64,000 bases of DNA, taken from assembly GCA_038200355.1 (NCBI GenBank), contig JBBPXZ010000006.1:9954-73953 (forward strand), given 5' to 3'. A model generated the notes under the pieces. That model saw nothing but the letters and a program-made list of their open reading frames with translations. It ran no database searches and had not been told where the DNA came from. Shown here one piece after another: positions 1 to 9,228 of this stretch. Origin of the DNA: Pyrinomonadales bacterium (GTDB taxonomy: Bacteria; Acidobacteriota; Blastocatellia; Pyrinomonadales; Pyrinomonadaceae). How positions within the stretch are numbered: the stretch's first letter is position 1; each line of letters opens with the position of its first letter. Both the position numbers and the translations under genes were made by a program.

Positions 1-788
1 CGAGCGGCAACCACGGAACGCCGGATTTGCCGAGCGCCATTACTCATTCGTGCGACGGTTATTATTATCGCCTGGCGCTGAAGATGAAGCTCGAAGGCTT
101 GATTCAGATGGCTGAAATGTTTGAATACGACAAGACGACCGGCGTCGATTTGCCGAATGAAAAAATCAGCCACACGCCGAAATATTTCGAGCCGTATATA
201 AAAAAACGCGACAACGGAAAATGGAACGACATCGAAACCGTGTTCGCTTCAATCGGGCAGGTTACGGTTGACGTTACGCCGATTTCGATGCTCCGCGCCG
301 TTGCGAGCGTCGGTGTGCAGGGCAGAATGTATGTTCCGCATCTGCTTAAAGAATTTAAGGCAATCGGCGCAATCGGCGAGGAAGGAGATAAAAGCTACGT
401 TCCGGCGCGGGCGGCTTTCGGCTTTAATCACACAGACCCGAAAATCATCGAAATGACGCCCGAACAAAACGCTTTTGTTTTAAAAGGAATGTGGGGCGTC
501 GTCAACAACGGCGGAACTGCCGGGCGCTTAAAGATGGCAAATTGGGAAATAGCGGGCAAAACCGGCACGGCGCAAAACTCGTCAATCGGTTCAGGCGGCG
601 CAAAAGACCACGCGTGGTTTGTGTCCTTTGCGCCGGCTTACAAACCGGAAATCGCCGTCATCGCGCTGATTGAAAATTCGGGTTTCGGCTCGTCCAACGC
701 CGCGCCCGTCGTCAAAGGTGTCTACGACGCGTATCTTTTGAAAACTCATCCCGAAATTTTGAGCGGGCAACAAGTGGCGGTGAAATAG
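1..788 (+). CDS. mrdA: penicillin-binding protein 2 (peptidoglycan D,D-transpeptidase), C-terminal part; 5' end lies outside the window
   Basis: The reading frame is open from the window edge to TAG at 786-788. It has the KTGTAQ and DHAWFVSFAP transpeptidase motifs, and rodA follows. Confidence 0.9.
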   Translation, partial: SGNHGTPDLPSAITHSCDGYYYRLALKMKLEGLIQMAEMFEYDKTTGVDLPNEKISHTPKYFEPYIKKRDNGKWNDIETVFASIGQVTVDVTPISMLRAVASVGVQGRMYVPHLLKEFKAIGAIGEEGDKSYVPARAAFGFNHTDPKIIEMTPEQNAFVLKGMWGVVNNGGTAGRLKMANWEIAGKTGTAQNSSIGSGGAKDHAWFVSFAPAYKPEIAVIALIENSGFGSSNAAPVVKGVYDAYLLKTHPEILSGQQVAVK

Positions 789-880
789 TTTGTAGAGTTT
801 TTAGGGTTCATAGAGTAAAAACATTTTCCTCCGCTCCAAAAACTCCAAAAACTCCAAAAACTCTATAAACTCTACAAACT
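788..880. repeat. 9-nt-periodic word hairpin in the mrdA-rodA spacer
   Basis: The left arm is TTTGTAGAG TTTTTAGGG TTCATAGAG. The right arm is CTCCAAAAA x3, CTCTATAAA, CTCTACAAA. The outermost words are perfect reverse complements. Confidence 0.8.
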
Positions 881-884
881 CAAT

Positions 885-2003
885 ATGTCAGCCATAATAG
901 AAAAACGTAATTTCAGAGATTTTGACTGGCTGGTCGCTGTGCTGGCGGTAGCCATCGTCTGTTTCGGCATCTGGCAAATTTACAATGCGCAGCCGACAGA
1001 AACTTACTGGCAGAAACAGATTGTCGGCTTGGGCATCTCGCTCGTCGCGCTGGTTGTTATCGCGACGATGGATTACCGCCGCGTTATCGACGCCGCGCCG
1101 CTGTTTTACGTGTTCGGTCTGCTACTGCTGGTGCTGGTTTTAACGCCGCTCGGCGTTAAGGTCAATGGTCAGCAAGCGTGGCTGAAAATTCCGCTTATCG
1201 GACAGTTTCAGCCGTCGGAGTTTGTCAAGATTCCCGTCGTTCTGATGCTCGCCAAATACTTCGGCGCGCGCAAATCGGGGTTTCTGACGGTGAAGGAAAT
1301 TCTCGTCGGCGCGGCGATTTTAGCCGTGCCTTTAGCCTTGATTATGCTTGAACCGGACGCCGGACAAGCCATTACGTATTTTCCGATTCTCGCCGTAATT
1401 TTCTTTCTCTCGGCAGTTAAAATCAGGTGGGTTGTCTTAACAATCGTCGCGGGCGTGATTTTCGTTCCCATCGCGTTTTGGGCTGGTGTGCAGACGGGGA
1501 AAATTAAACCGTATCAGGTCGAGCGCGTCAACGTTATTCTCGACCCGGAAAACGCCGACCCGAAAGGTTACGGCTATCACACGGTGCAGTCGATGATTAC
1601 GGTCGGAAAGGGAAGCATTTCCGGCATCAAAGGCGACACGGAAAGCTCGCAGAGCGCGCTGAAGTTTCTGCCCGAACCGCACACGGATTTTATTTTCGCG
1701 GTAACGGCTGAGAATACGGGATTTATCGGCTGTGTCTCGCTTCTGCTGGCTTACGCGATGCTTTTATCGCGTCTGATTGCGGGCGCGAGACAAGCGCCCG
1801 ACCGCGCCGGAATGCTGGTAATTATGGCGATTGTCGGCGAGCTGACGTTTCAGATTTTTATGAACGTCGGTATGGTTTTAGGCTTTCTGCCGGTCATCGG
1901 CGTTCCGCTGCCTTTGATGAGCGCCGGACTTTCGGCTGTTCTGGCGACCTTTATCGCCATCGGTTTCGTTATCAGCGTTAAAATGCGCCGGTTCGTCAAC
2001 TAG
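885..2003 (+). CDS. rodA: rod-shape-determining SEDS peptidoglycan glycosyltransferase RodA
   Basis: 372 aa polytopic membrane protein with FtsW/RodA/SpoVE signatures (LPEPHTDFIFAV, GVPLPLMSAGLS). It lies downstream of mrdA. Confidence 0.93.
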   Translation: MSAIIEKRNFRDFDWLVAVLAVAIVCFGIWQIYNAQPTETYWQKQIVGLGISLVALVVIATMDYRRVIDAAPLFYVFGLLLLVLVLTPLGVKVNGQQAWLKIPLIGQFQPSEFVKIPVVLMLAKYFGARKSGFLTVKEILVGAAILAVPLALIMLEPDAGQAITYFPILAVIFFLSAVKIRWVVLTIVAGVIFVPIAFWAGVQTGKIKPYQVERVNVILDPENADPKGYGYHTVQSMITVGKGSISGIKGDTESSQSALKFLPEPHTDFIFAVTAENTGFIGCVSLLLAYAMLLSRLIAGARQAPDRAGMLVIMAIVGELTFQIFMNVGMVLGFLPVIGVPLPLMSAGLSAVLATFIAIGFVISVKMRRFVN

Positions 2004-2017
2004 GAGATTTTTGTAAT

Positions 2018-4612
2018 ATGGCAAGAGAAGCGAGAAGAATCGTAACCAAAGAAGTCGAAACGGTCGATGCGAAAAAAAGCGGTTTCTGGCGTTATATGTG
2101 GCTGCCAGCGGCGCTGCTGCTGGCTTTGTCGGCTGGCGCGCTGACGGGCGTTCTGGCTTCTTATTATCTGAATAATTCGCGCTACGCGACGGAAGTTTCT
2201 GCACTCGCAACGTATCGACCGCCGCAGGTTACGACGATTTACGCCGACGACGGCGAAACGATTCTGGCGGAATTCGCGCTCGAAAAACGTATTCCGATTA
2301 AAGAGCAGGACATTCCGAAAGTTGTCGAAAACGCTTTGCTCGATATTGAAGACAACAGATTTTACAGCCACGTCGGAATCGACCCGTATCGCATCGCGGG
2401 CGTCGTGGTTAAAAAGCTGACGACCGGCAAAACCGAAGGCGGCTCGACCATCACGCAGCAGCTCGTCAAAAATCTTTTTCTATCGCGCGAGCAGACCATC
2501 ACGCGCAAAGTTTCCGAATGGATGATGGCGCTTGAAATCGAGCGTTTATACACGAAGCGTCAGATTCTCGAAATGTATATGAATTATATGTTTCTCGGCG
2601 CGGGTTCATACGGCTTTGAAGCGGGCGCGCGCACCTATTTCGGCAAATCGCTGAAGGATGTCAATCTCGAAGAAGCGGCGCTGCTGGCGGCGATTATGAA
2701 ATCGCCCGAATATTCGCCGACGCGCAACCTGGAAAAAGCAAAAGAGCGGCGCGATTTGGTTATTACCCAAATGGCGAAAAACGAACATATCACCGAAGCT
2801 GAAGCCGCCGCCGCCAGAGCGCGCCCGATTAAACTAGCCGACACCGCTTATTATCAATCGCTGCCGAAATCGACCGCGTGGGATTATCCGGTCGAAGAAG
2901 TCCGCAAATATCTCGAAGAAAAATACACGACGCGCGTCGCGCAGGGCGGTTTGAAGGTCTACACGACGATAAACGTGGACGCGCAGAAAATCGCTACCAA
3001 AGCAATCCGCGAAGGCTTGCGCCAGTATGACCGCGGGCGTTCGTGGCGCTCGGACTATCAAAGTATTCTGCTCGACGAAAGCAATCAACCGATTACCGAC
3101 AGAAAGGAAATCGACGAAAAGCTCAAGACGTTCAAGCACGCCGATTGGTATGGCGACGATTATGCCAAAGGCGAATATATAAAAGGTCTGGTCGTGAATG
3201 TCGATTCGGCAAAAGATGAAGCGACGATTCGATTCGGCAGACAGACCGTCAGCGTAACCGCCAAAGAGATGGGCAAAAGCGGCAAAAAACCGAAAGACGA
3301 ATTAAAGGTCGGATTTTTGCCCGAATTTGAAATCAAGGAAGTCAGCGAAGACGGCGACATCACGCAGGTTCAGCTCTCGCAAGTGCCGGAAGTGCAGGCG
3401 TCGATTGTCTCGCTCAACGCTCACACGGGCGAAGTGGCGGCAATGGTCGGCGGTTACGATTACCACACGAACCGTTTTAACAACGCGACGCAGGGTTTGC
3501 GTCAGACCGGCTCGGCTTATAAACCGTTTATCTACACGGCGGCGATTGAATGGGGAATGACGCCGGAGTCGATGGTTTCCGGCGCGCCGATTAATCGCGG
3601 CGGCTGGATGCCGCACAACTACGACGGTTCTCTCAGCCACGCGAATGTTCCGATGAGTGTCGCGTTGGCGAAATCCTACAATCTGGCGGCGGTGCATCTG
3701 CTCGACCAGGTGGGCGTTCAGACCGGCGCGCAGATGGTTCGGCGGTTCGGGATTACAAATCCGATGGCGCCGAGTCTGGCGTCGGCGCTGGGTGCGAGCG
3801 AAGCCTCGCTGATTGAAATGGTTTCGGCTTATTCCGCCTTTCCGAATAAAGGCTTGCGCATTACGCCGCATTTGATTCGCAAGGTCTACAACCGCGACGG
3901 AAGCCTGCTCGAAGAATGGAAGGAAACCACTTCGAGAGTTACGAGCGAATATGTTGCTTTAACGATGGTCGATTTGATGCGCGGCGTCGTCAACCTGCCG
4001 TTCGGAACGGCAAAGGGCGCGAGCGCCGCCGGACAGCCGCTCGCGGGCAAAACCGGCACGGTTAACGACCACACGGACGTTTGGTTTATCGGCTACACGC
4101 CGACGTATGTTACAGGCGTCTGGATGGGAAACCCGGAAAAGAAAGACAATCTCGGCAACAATATGACGGGCGGACACGGCGCGCTGCCTTATTTTAACGC
4201 GTTTATGAACGTGTATATGAAGGACAAGCCAAAGGAAACCTTCCCGGAAGCGCCGCCGATACCGTCGGAAATCAAGGCTCTTTCCGAACAGCGCAAACGC
4301 GAGGAGCAGGAAAAACTTGAAAAAGCCGAACAGGAAGGCGAAAAGCTCGGAATCAGTCTAAGCACCGGCACGAAAGCCAGACGCAGCGGCAAAGTGCAAT
4401 CGACGGGCGGAGGAGCGGAAACCGAAATACCGACGACGATAGACCCGACCGAAACGCCGAAAACTGATAGTCCGCCGGTTGTAAAACCCGACGACGCGCC
4501 GAAACCGCCCGCGCCCGCCGCGCCGGTTAAAAAAGCCGAACCGCCCGCCGAAAAACCGCCGAACCCGGAAGGCGCGAAGCGAAAGGGTAAAAAGGGCGAA
4601 GGCGATAATTAG
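2018..4612 (+). CDS. mrcA: class A penicillin-binding protein (PBP1A-type bifunctional transglycosylase/transpeptidase) with a Pro/Lys-rich disordered C-tail
   Basis: GT51 motifs EDNRFYSHVGIDP and GGSTITQQLVKN are present. Transpeptidase motifs SAYKPF and KTGT are present. An AGGAGA RBS lies ~10 nt upstream. Confidence 0.93.
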   Translation: MAREARRIVTKEVETVDAKKSGFWRYMWLPAALLLALSAGALTGVLASYYLNNSRYATEVSALATYRPPQVTTIYADDGETILAEFALEKRIPIKEQDIPKVVENALLDIEDNRFYSHVGIDPYRIAGVVVKKLTTGKTEGGSTITQQLVKNLFLSREQTITRKVSEWMMALEIERLYTKRQILEMYMNYMFLGAGSYGFEAGARTYFGKSLKDVNLEEAALLAAIMKSPEYSPTRNLEKAKERRDLVITQMAKNEHITEAEAAAARARPIKLADTAYYQSLPKSTAWDYPVEEVRKYLEEKYTTRVAQGGLKVYTTINVDAQKIATKAIREGLRQYDRGRSWRSDYQSILLDESNQPITDRKEIDEKLKTFKHADWYGDDYAKGEYIKGLVVNVDSAKDEATIRFGRQTVSVTAKEMGKSGKKPKDELKVGFLPEFEIKEVSEDGDITQVQLSQVPEVQASIVSLNAHTGEVAAMVGGYDYHTNRFNNATQGLRQTGSAYKPFIYTAAIEWGMTPESMVSGAPINRGGWMPHNYDGSLSHANVPMSVALAKSYNLAAVHLLDQVGVQTGAQMVRRFGITNPMAPSLASALGASEASLIEMVSAYSAFPNKGLRITPHLIRKVYNRDGSLLEEWKETTSRVTSEYVALTMVDLMRGVVNLPFGTAKGASAAGQPLAGKTGTVNDHTDVWFIGYTPTYVTGVWMGNPEKKDNLGNNMTGGHGALPYFNAFMNVYMKDKPKETFPEAPPIPSEIKALSEQRKREEQEKLEKAEQEGEKLGISLSTGTKARRSGKVQSTGGGAETEIPTTIDPTETPKTDSPPVVKPDDAPKPPAPAAPVKKAEPPAEKPPNPEGAKRKGKKGEGDN

Positions 4613-4617
4613 AAGCC

Positions 4618-4720
4618 GTCTCAAAAACAGCAATCCGCTCTTTGCGTAATGCTGCGCGATACGAAAATCGGGAACGCAAAGCAGTACAGAGGCTTACGCG
4701 AAAGCAGTTTTTGAAATGAC
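4618..4720. repeat. imperfect long hairpin of the GTCTCAAAAA...TTTTTGA(A/G)A family
   Basis: The termini GTCTCAAAAACAGC / GCAGTTTTTGAAATGAC are inverted. The inner CTTTGCG / CGCAAAG words match the architecture at 17035-17126 and 48425-48562. Confidence 0.6.
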
Positions 4721-4727
4721 CTGCGGT

Positions 4728-4779
4728 AAAAAGCGAAAGGCGGACAGTTTAGAAATAAACTGTCCGCCTTTCGCTTTTC
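4728..4779. terminator. bidirectional intrinsic terminator between convergent mrcA and the receiver gene
   Basis: AAAAGCGAAAGGCGGACAGTTT-agaaat-AAACTGTCCGCCTTTCGCTTTT forms a ~22-bp perfect stem flanked by A- and T-runs. Confidence 0.85.
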
Positions 4780-4786
4780 GCCCCAT

Positions 4787-5161
4787 TTAATTTCCCAGCA
4801 ATGTTTCGATTGTCGGGACGACGTTTTCGAGGTCGTTCGGTTTTACCAGATATATGCTCGCGCCTGCCGCCATCGCCGCGTCCCGGTCGCGCTGTTGAGA
4901 CGTAGCGGTATAAAAAATAATCGGCGTCGTCGGGTCGGCGGCGCGAATACGGCGGCACAGCTCGACGCCGCTCATCTGCGGCAGATTGTAATCGAATATA
5001 AAAAGGTCAAACGATTTCCGGGTCAATAAATCGAGCGCTTCGTGCGGCGTCGCCACCGAAGTTAATTGATAATCCGTATCCGCGTAGTGCAGCATAGCCG
5101 CTATCAATTCACAGAAGTCGTCGTCGTCATCTACACATAATATATTGGAGGGTTTATGCAT
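4787..5161 (-). CDS. stand-alone response-regulator receiver domain protein
   Basis: 124 aa CheY-like protein with an acidic pocket (VDDDDDF), a phospho-acceptor context (FDLFIFDYNLP), and FYTA and LVKP motifs. It has no output domain. Confidence 0.88.
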   Translation of the reverse strand: MHKPSNILCVDDDDDFCELIAAMLHYADTDYQLTSVATPHEALDLLTRKSFDLFIFDYNLPQMSGVELCRRIRAADPTTPIIFYTATSQQRDRDAAMAAGASIYLVKPNDLENVVPTIETLLGN

Positions 5162-5501
5162 ATTTTGGGCTTCCGGTGTAAATTTTGCCGGTCGAAAAAG
5201 GAAACTGTAAATACTTATGAGTATTAGCTTCTAAGATGTTTAAGAAAACGCGCGCGATTACGAACGGAAACATTAAGATAGCAAACAGTAGCATTTCAAG
5301 CGGAAAAAATATGTCGCATAGACGACATATCGGCATTTAATTAAGTGAATTAAATGCCGCCGCCGGTCAGAAATTTTTCACCTCGGAGACGCCGGGCTTT
5401 CGCTGAGAGGAGATAAAAATCCGCGTCATTCTCCGCGCCTGCCGAGCGTCCCGGCGGTGAAATATGCTGCATAATCTCAATCGTCGGCGTGTTCGAGCCG
5501 A

Positions 5502-6236
5502 TTAGCTTAAAAACTTTTCCAGATAAAAAGGCAGCATCCTGCGCCACCATTCCCAATCGTGTTTTACATCGTGTCCCCAAACGTCGAGAAGGTGCGGAAT
5601 GCCTTTTTCGTCGAGAATGCCGGAAAAATCGCGGCTTCTTTCTGGCGCTTCAAACGCGCCTTGTCCGGTAACTATTACGATTGAATCGGCTTTTCGGAGA
5701 ATCGGCAGGTAATAATCGTCGTTCAGGTTTTTAACGTATTGAATCGGATTATTGAAATAAACATTGTCGTCCGTGTAATTTTTCAGATAAGAACGAATAT
5801 CGTAACTGCCGCTCATCGCAATCGTGCCGCGAAAGTTATCGGGATGCTTAAAGTAGCAGTTGGCGGCGAGAAATGCGCCCAGGCTCGCGCCCGTAGTCAG
5901 CGGACGCGCCGCCGCGCCGCATTCATCACGAATAAGCGGCAGAACTTCTTCCTGAATATAACGGTCGTAGCGCGTTTGCAGTTCGGCTTTCCATTTCGGC
6001 GACGCCTGTTCATTTAAAAGGCTGTAGCGATTAACCGAATTTACCGAATAAGCGCGAAGCCGACCGGATTCGATAAGCGGTTTTATCGCGTCGAGCAGCA
6101 GAAAACGCTCGTATTCGAGATAATCGGCGGCGGCGGTCGGAAACATCAAAAGCGGATAACCGCTCGTTCCGTAAGCAACCAGCGGCATATCCATTCCGAG
6201 ATTGTGGCTGAACCAGGAAGTCGTATCGCGTCTCAT
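5502..6236 (-). CDS. alpha/beta-fold esterase family protein
   Basis: 244 aa with a nucleophile elbow GASLG and overall resemblance to the 'putative esterase' (esterase D/enterochelin-esterase-like) fold. Confidence 0.7.
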   Translation of the reverse strand: MRRDTTSWFSHNLGMDMPLVAYGTSGYPLLMFPTAAADYLEYERFLLLDAIKPLIESGRLRAYSVNSVNRYSLLNEQASPKWKAELQTRYDRYIQEEVLPLIRDECGAAARPLTTGASLGAFLAANCYFKHPDNFRGTIAMSGSYDIRSYLKNYTDDNVYFNNPIQYVKNLNDDYYLPILRKADSIVIVTGQGAFEAPERSRDFSGILDEKGIPHLLDVWGHDVKHDWEWWRRMLPFYLEKFLS

Positions 6237-6331
6237 TCAAAAGTTTCTCCAAAGTGTTTTTAATATAATTTACTGAGGTTAAAAGAAATCGATTTCAAGT
6301 TCAAGTTAGGCTTGTCGCGTAAGTATCGAGA

Positions 6332-7324
6332 CTACTTCGCGACGGTGATTTCGCGCGTCGTCGAATTATAGCCGCCGTTATCGACGAGATTTCCGTCCTT
6401 ATCGACTAATTCGAGCTTGACGACGTGCCTGCCGTTCGTCCAGCCGGTCAGCCAAATCGGTTTCCAACTGTCGATAAATTTCGCTTCGCCGCCGTCAACC
6501 GAATAACGCACCCGATAACGCTCTCCAATATATTTCTTATCTGGAAAATCATCATTGAGCAATACGGCATTAGACAACCAGAAATCAATCATAATCGCAT
6601 CGGCGTCCGCGCCTTTGTATTCGCCTTTCGGACGGCTGTATGTGAGAAGCGGTTTCTTCGGGTCAACCGCGCCCGCCGTCGAATTTGCCATATCTTTTCC
6701 TTCGGGCGTCGCCGCTGCATTGACGTTTGCGGCGTTCGCCATCGTGTTTCCCGCGTTGGTCGTCGTCGGCTGAGCGGCGTTTGCCGCGCCGTTCCTAACC
6801 GTAAATTTCACCATCTGAAACGCGCCTTCGTTTTTGTAGCTTTCGTGCCACGGACGCGACGGGAAAAAGCGCAAAGTGTGTTCGCCGTCGGCGACGTTTC
6901 TCAATTCAAATTCGCTGTCGAGATTATAAAAGGCTTCATACGGCTGATTGTCTAAAATAACGTGAATGTGATTGCCCATTCCGGTCGCCGTATCCTTCAT
7001 CGGTTTGTAGCCTTTGAGGTCGCCGGATAATTCCAGTTTCACTTTGACGATTGAACTGTTGACGGTCGCGCCGTCTTTCGGCTCGACAACTTTAAGCGTC
7101 GGCGCTGCGCTATCCTGTTCGCCGCGCTCGTTCATCATATCGGCAATTCGCTGCGGGCGCGGCGCTTCCGTTAAATTCTGGACGGCAGGCGCGGCGTTTG
7201 CATTCGTCGCATTTGCCCCGTTTGCCGTGCTTGAAGTCGTGTTCGCCGTATTTGTCCGCGGAGATTCGCAAGCCGAAAAAGCGGCAACAGCTAAGGCGAG
7301 TATAAAAACTTTCGTCAATTTCAT
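6332..7324 (-). CDS. lipoprotein of unknown function with two Ig-like modules and Asn/Ala/Thr-rich linkers
   Basis: A lipobox LAVAAFSA|C follows MKLTKVFI, and an AAGGAGA RBS lies 9 nt before ATG 7324. The longer ORF to 7399 has no RBS. Confidence 0.7.
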   Translation of the reverse strand: MKLTKVFILALAVAAFSACESPRTNTANTTSSTANGANATNANAAPAVQNLTEAPRPQRIADMMNERGEQDSAAPTLKVVEPKDGATVNSSIVKVKLELSGDLKGYKPMKDTATGMGNHIHVILDNQPYEAFYNLDSEFELRNVADGEHTLRFFPSRPWHESYKNEGAFQMVKFTVRNGAANAAQPTTTNAGNTMANAANVNAAATPEGKDMANSTAGAVDPKKPLLTYSRPKGEYKGADADAIMIDFWLSNAVLLNDDFPDKKYIGERYRVRYSVDGGEAKFIDSWKPIWLTGWTNGRHVVKLELVDKDGNLVDNGGYNSTTREITVAK

Positions 7325-7468
7325 AAACATTCTCCTTTTTGATTGAACATAGAACTGAAACCACGTTTCAGACGCGTTTCCCGAATAATCTGATTTCAAC
7401 TCGAACTGTATCTTAGCGGAGTTTTCGTAATTGAAAAAGTTTCACCGCTTTTTCGATGAATAATAATA

Positions 7469-7498
7469 GAAAAAGGCATCTCGAAAGACACCTTTTTT
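7469..7498 (-). terminator. probable intrinsic terminator after tRNA-Ala
   Basis: The minus-strand RNA AAAGGUGUC-uuucga-GAUGCCUUUUUC forms a stem with two G.U pairs followed by a U-run. Confidence 0.45.
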
Positions 7499-7515
7499 AC
7501 AATTAAAATTAAGAA

Positions 7516-7588
<73 letters not shown>

Positions 7589-7593
7589 GAAAA

Positions 7594-7692
7594 CCAATTA
7601 CGAATTATAAATTACGAATGACGAATGAGCAAATCGGAAAGCCAATTGCGAATTACGAATCGCCGGAAGTTTTCCCGTAATCGTAATTCGTA
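7594..7692. repeat. AATTACGAAT word array (7-nt period) with one inverted copy
   Basis: Direct copies are CCAATTACGAATTATAAATTACGAATGACGAATG and CCAATTGCGAATTACGAATCG. The inverted copy is CGTAATCGTAATTCGTAG. The same word recurs at 17141-17189, 33900-33979 and 52689-52718. Confidence 0.8.
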
Positions 7693-7694
7693 GT

Positions 7695-8477
7695 TTATTT
7701 TCCTTTAAAGACCGGCTTGCGCTTTTCCAGAAACGCGGCGACGCCTTCTTCCTTGTCTTCGGTCGAAAAACAAATTGCGAAAAGGTCGATTTCGCGGCGC
7801 AAGCCTTCGTCCAAAGTCGAGCGCGACGCCAGTTTTACGGCTTCTTTAGCCATCTGCAAGGCAATCGGCGATTTCTCGGCGATTTTATTTGCCAGCGCGA
7901 AAGTTTTTTCTTCCAATTGTTCCGCCGGAAAAACATCGTTGACCAAACCGAGCCTCAGAGCGGTCGGCGCGTCAATCATATCGCCGGTCAAAATCATTTC
8001 CATCGCCTTGCCTTCGCCGATTAAACGGGTTAAGCGCTGCGTTCCGCCGCCGCCGGGAATAATTCCCAAATTTATTTCCGGCTGTCCGAAACGCGCCTTT
8101 TCGCCCGCAAATCTCAAATCGCAGGCGAGCGCGAGTTCGCAGCCGCCGCCGAGACAAAAGCCGTTTATCATTGCAATCACGGGCTTCGGAAATGCGTCGA
8201 GCGAATTAAAAAGCGAGCGACCCTGAAAAACGGCGCGCTGTTCGGCGGCAGATTTTCCGGCAAATTCGCCGATGTCCGCGCCCGCGACAAAAGATTTTTC
8301 GCCCGCGCCGGTAATAACTAAAACACGAACCGAATCGTCGGCGCGCAATTCGTCCAGCGCCGCGACGCTTTCAAGATGAACCTGCGCATTTAAGGAATTG
8401 AGCTTATCGGGACGATTTATTGTTAATACTGCAACGCTTCCGCGTTTTTCAATCAAAATAGTTTCGTAATCAGACAT
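7695..8477 (-). CDS. enoyl-CoA hydratase/isomerase (crotonase) family protein
   Basis: 260 aa with the crotonase oxyanion-hole motifs FVAGADI and GGGCELALACD. Confidence 0.9.
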   Translation of the reverse strand: MSDYETILIEKRGSVAVLTINRPDKLNSLNAQVHLESVAALDELRADDSVRVLVITGAGEKSFVAGADIGEFAGKSAAEQRAVFQGRSLFNSLDAFPKPVIAMINGFCLGGGCELALACDLRFAGEKARFGQPEINLGIIPGGGGTQRLTRLIGEGKAMEMILTGDMIDAPTALRLGLVNDVFPAEQLEEKTFALANKIAEKSPIALQMAKEAVKLASRSTLDEGLRREIDLFAICFSTEDKEEGVAAFLEKRKPVFKGK

Positions 8478-8483
8478 AATTTT

Positions 8484-8592
8484 AAAAGGACAAAGGATAT
8501 TCTAAAAGGATAAAGGATAAAGGATAAGTTTAAGAAATATAATTGTAATTTTTACTACATCTCTACTTAATTTTTATCCCTTATCCTTTTTT
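8484..8592. repeat. 7-nt-periodic word hairpin (AAAGGAT / ATCCTTT words)
   Basis: The left arm is AAAAGGACAAAGGAT..AAAAGGATAAAGGATAAAGGATAAG. The right arm is TTTTTATCCCTTATCCTTTTTT, with a ~45-nt loop. Confidence 0.75.
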
Positions 8593-8965
8593 AGTCTTCT
8601 TCCTCGTCCTTCTGGTCGTCGGCAATCCAGGAGACGAAAAAACGCAGCCAGTTTTCCTTCCCGTCAACAACCGTAACGCCGACGCGAATTGTGCCGTAAG
8701 CGGCAGGCGCGACGCGCACGACCTGGGCTTTTACTTCGACCGGCACGCCGTCGGGACGATGCGAGCGCAGATAAAGATTTTCGCCGGGCGCAATGGTTTG
8801 ATTCAGATGAAAAAGCGTTCCGGTCGTTGAAATATCGTCGGTTTCGGTCGGTTCAGACCACGCCGCGCCGTCGTCGGCTCGCCCGGAGACGACAACCGGC
8901 AGACGAAGCGCCATCCGAAGCGCAAAGCGTTTTTCTTCAAATTGCGTCATTGTATCGGTTGACAT
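8591..8965 (-). CDS. single-domain PilZ (c-di-GMP-binding) protein
   Basis: It has RxxxR (KRFALR) and DxSxxG (DISTTG) motifs at PilZ spacing, followed by a beta-barrel-like remainder. Confidence 0.75.
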   Translation of the reverse strand: MSTDTMTQFEEKRFALRMALRLPVVVSGRADDGAAWSEPTETDDISTTGTLFHLNQTIAPGENLYLRSHRPDGVPVEVKAQVVRVAPAAYGTIRVGVTVVDGKENWLRFFVSWIADDQKDEEED

Positions 8966-9228
8966 TGATTAAAGTCTTTGGATTCGAGCGAAATTTTTAT
9001 ATGTGTAGAAACGATAAACAGTTTAACACGAATAGTTTTCAATAAATATAACCAATCGAAAAACTTTTGTAAATGAAAATCTAATTTCCCGCCGGCGAAA
9101 CCGCCTGGCGGACAGGCTTTCGACCGCTTGTTCGACTATTTTATTATTTGACGGTTATACTGTAAGCATCATCTAAAACGCTGTTTGACTAAAACGACTT
9201 TTCAGATGCGGGAGACGAGAAAATATTT

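Noticed and set aside
9195-9209. The exact 15-mer ACGACTTTTCAGATG is shared by the trxB upstream region and the clpB/ABC-permease spacer (44573-44587), raising the possibility of a stress-regulon motif.
   Set aside because: A rough estimate gives a few exact 15-mer coincidences expected by chance in 64 kb counting both strands. The flanks do not extend the match, and there is no dyad symmetry.
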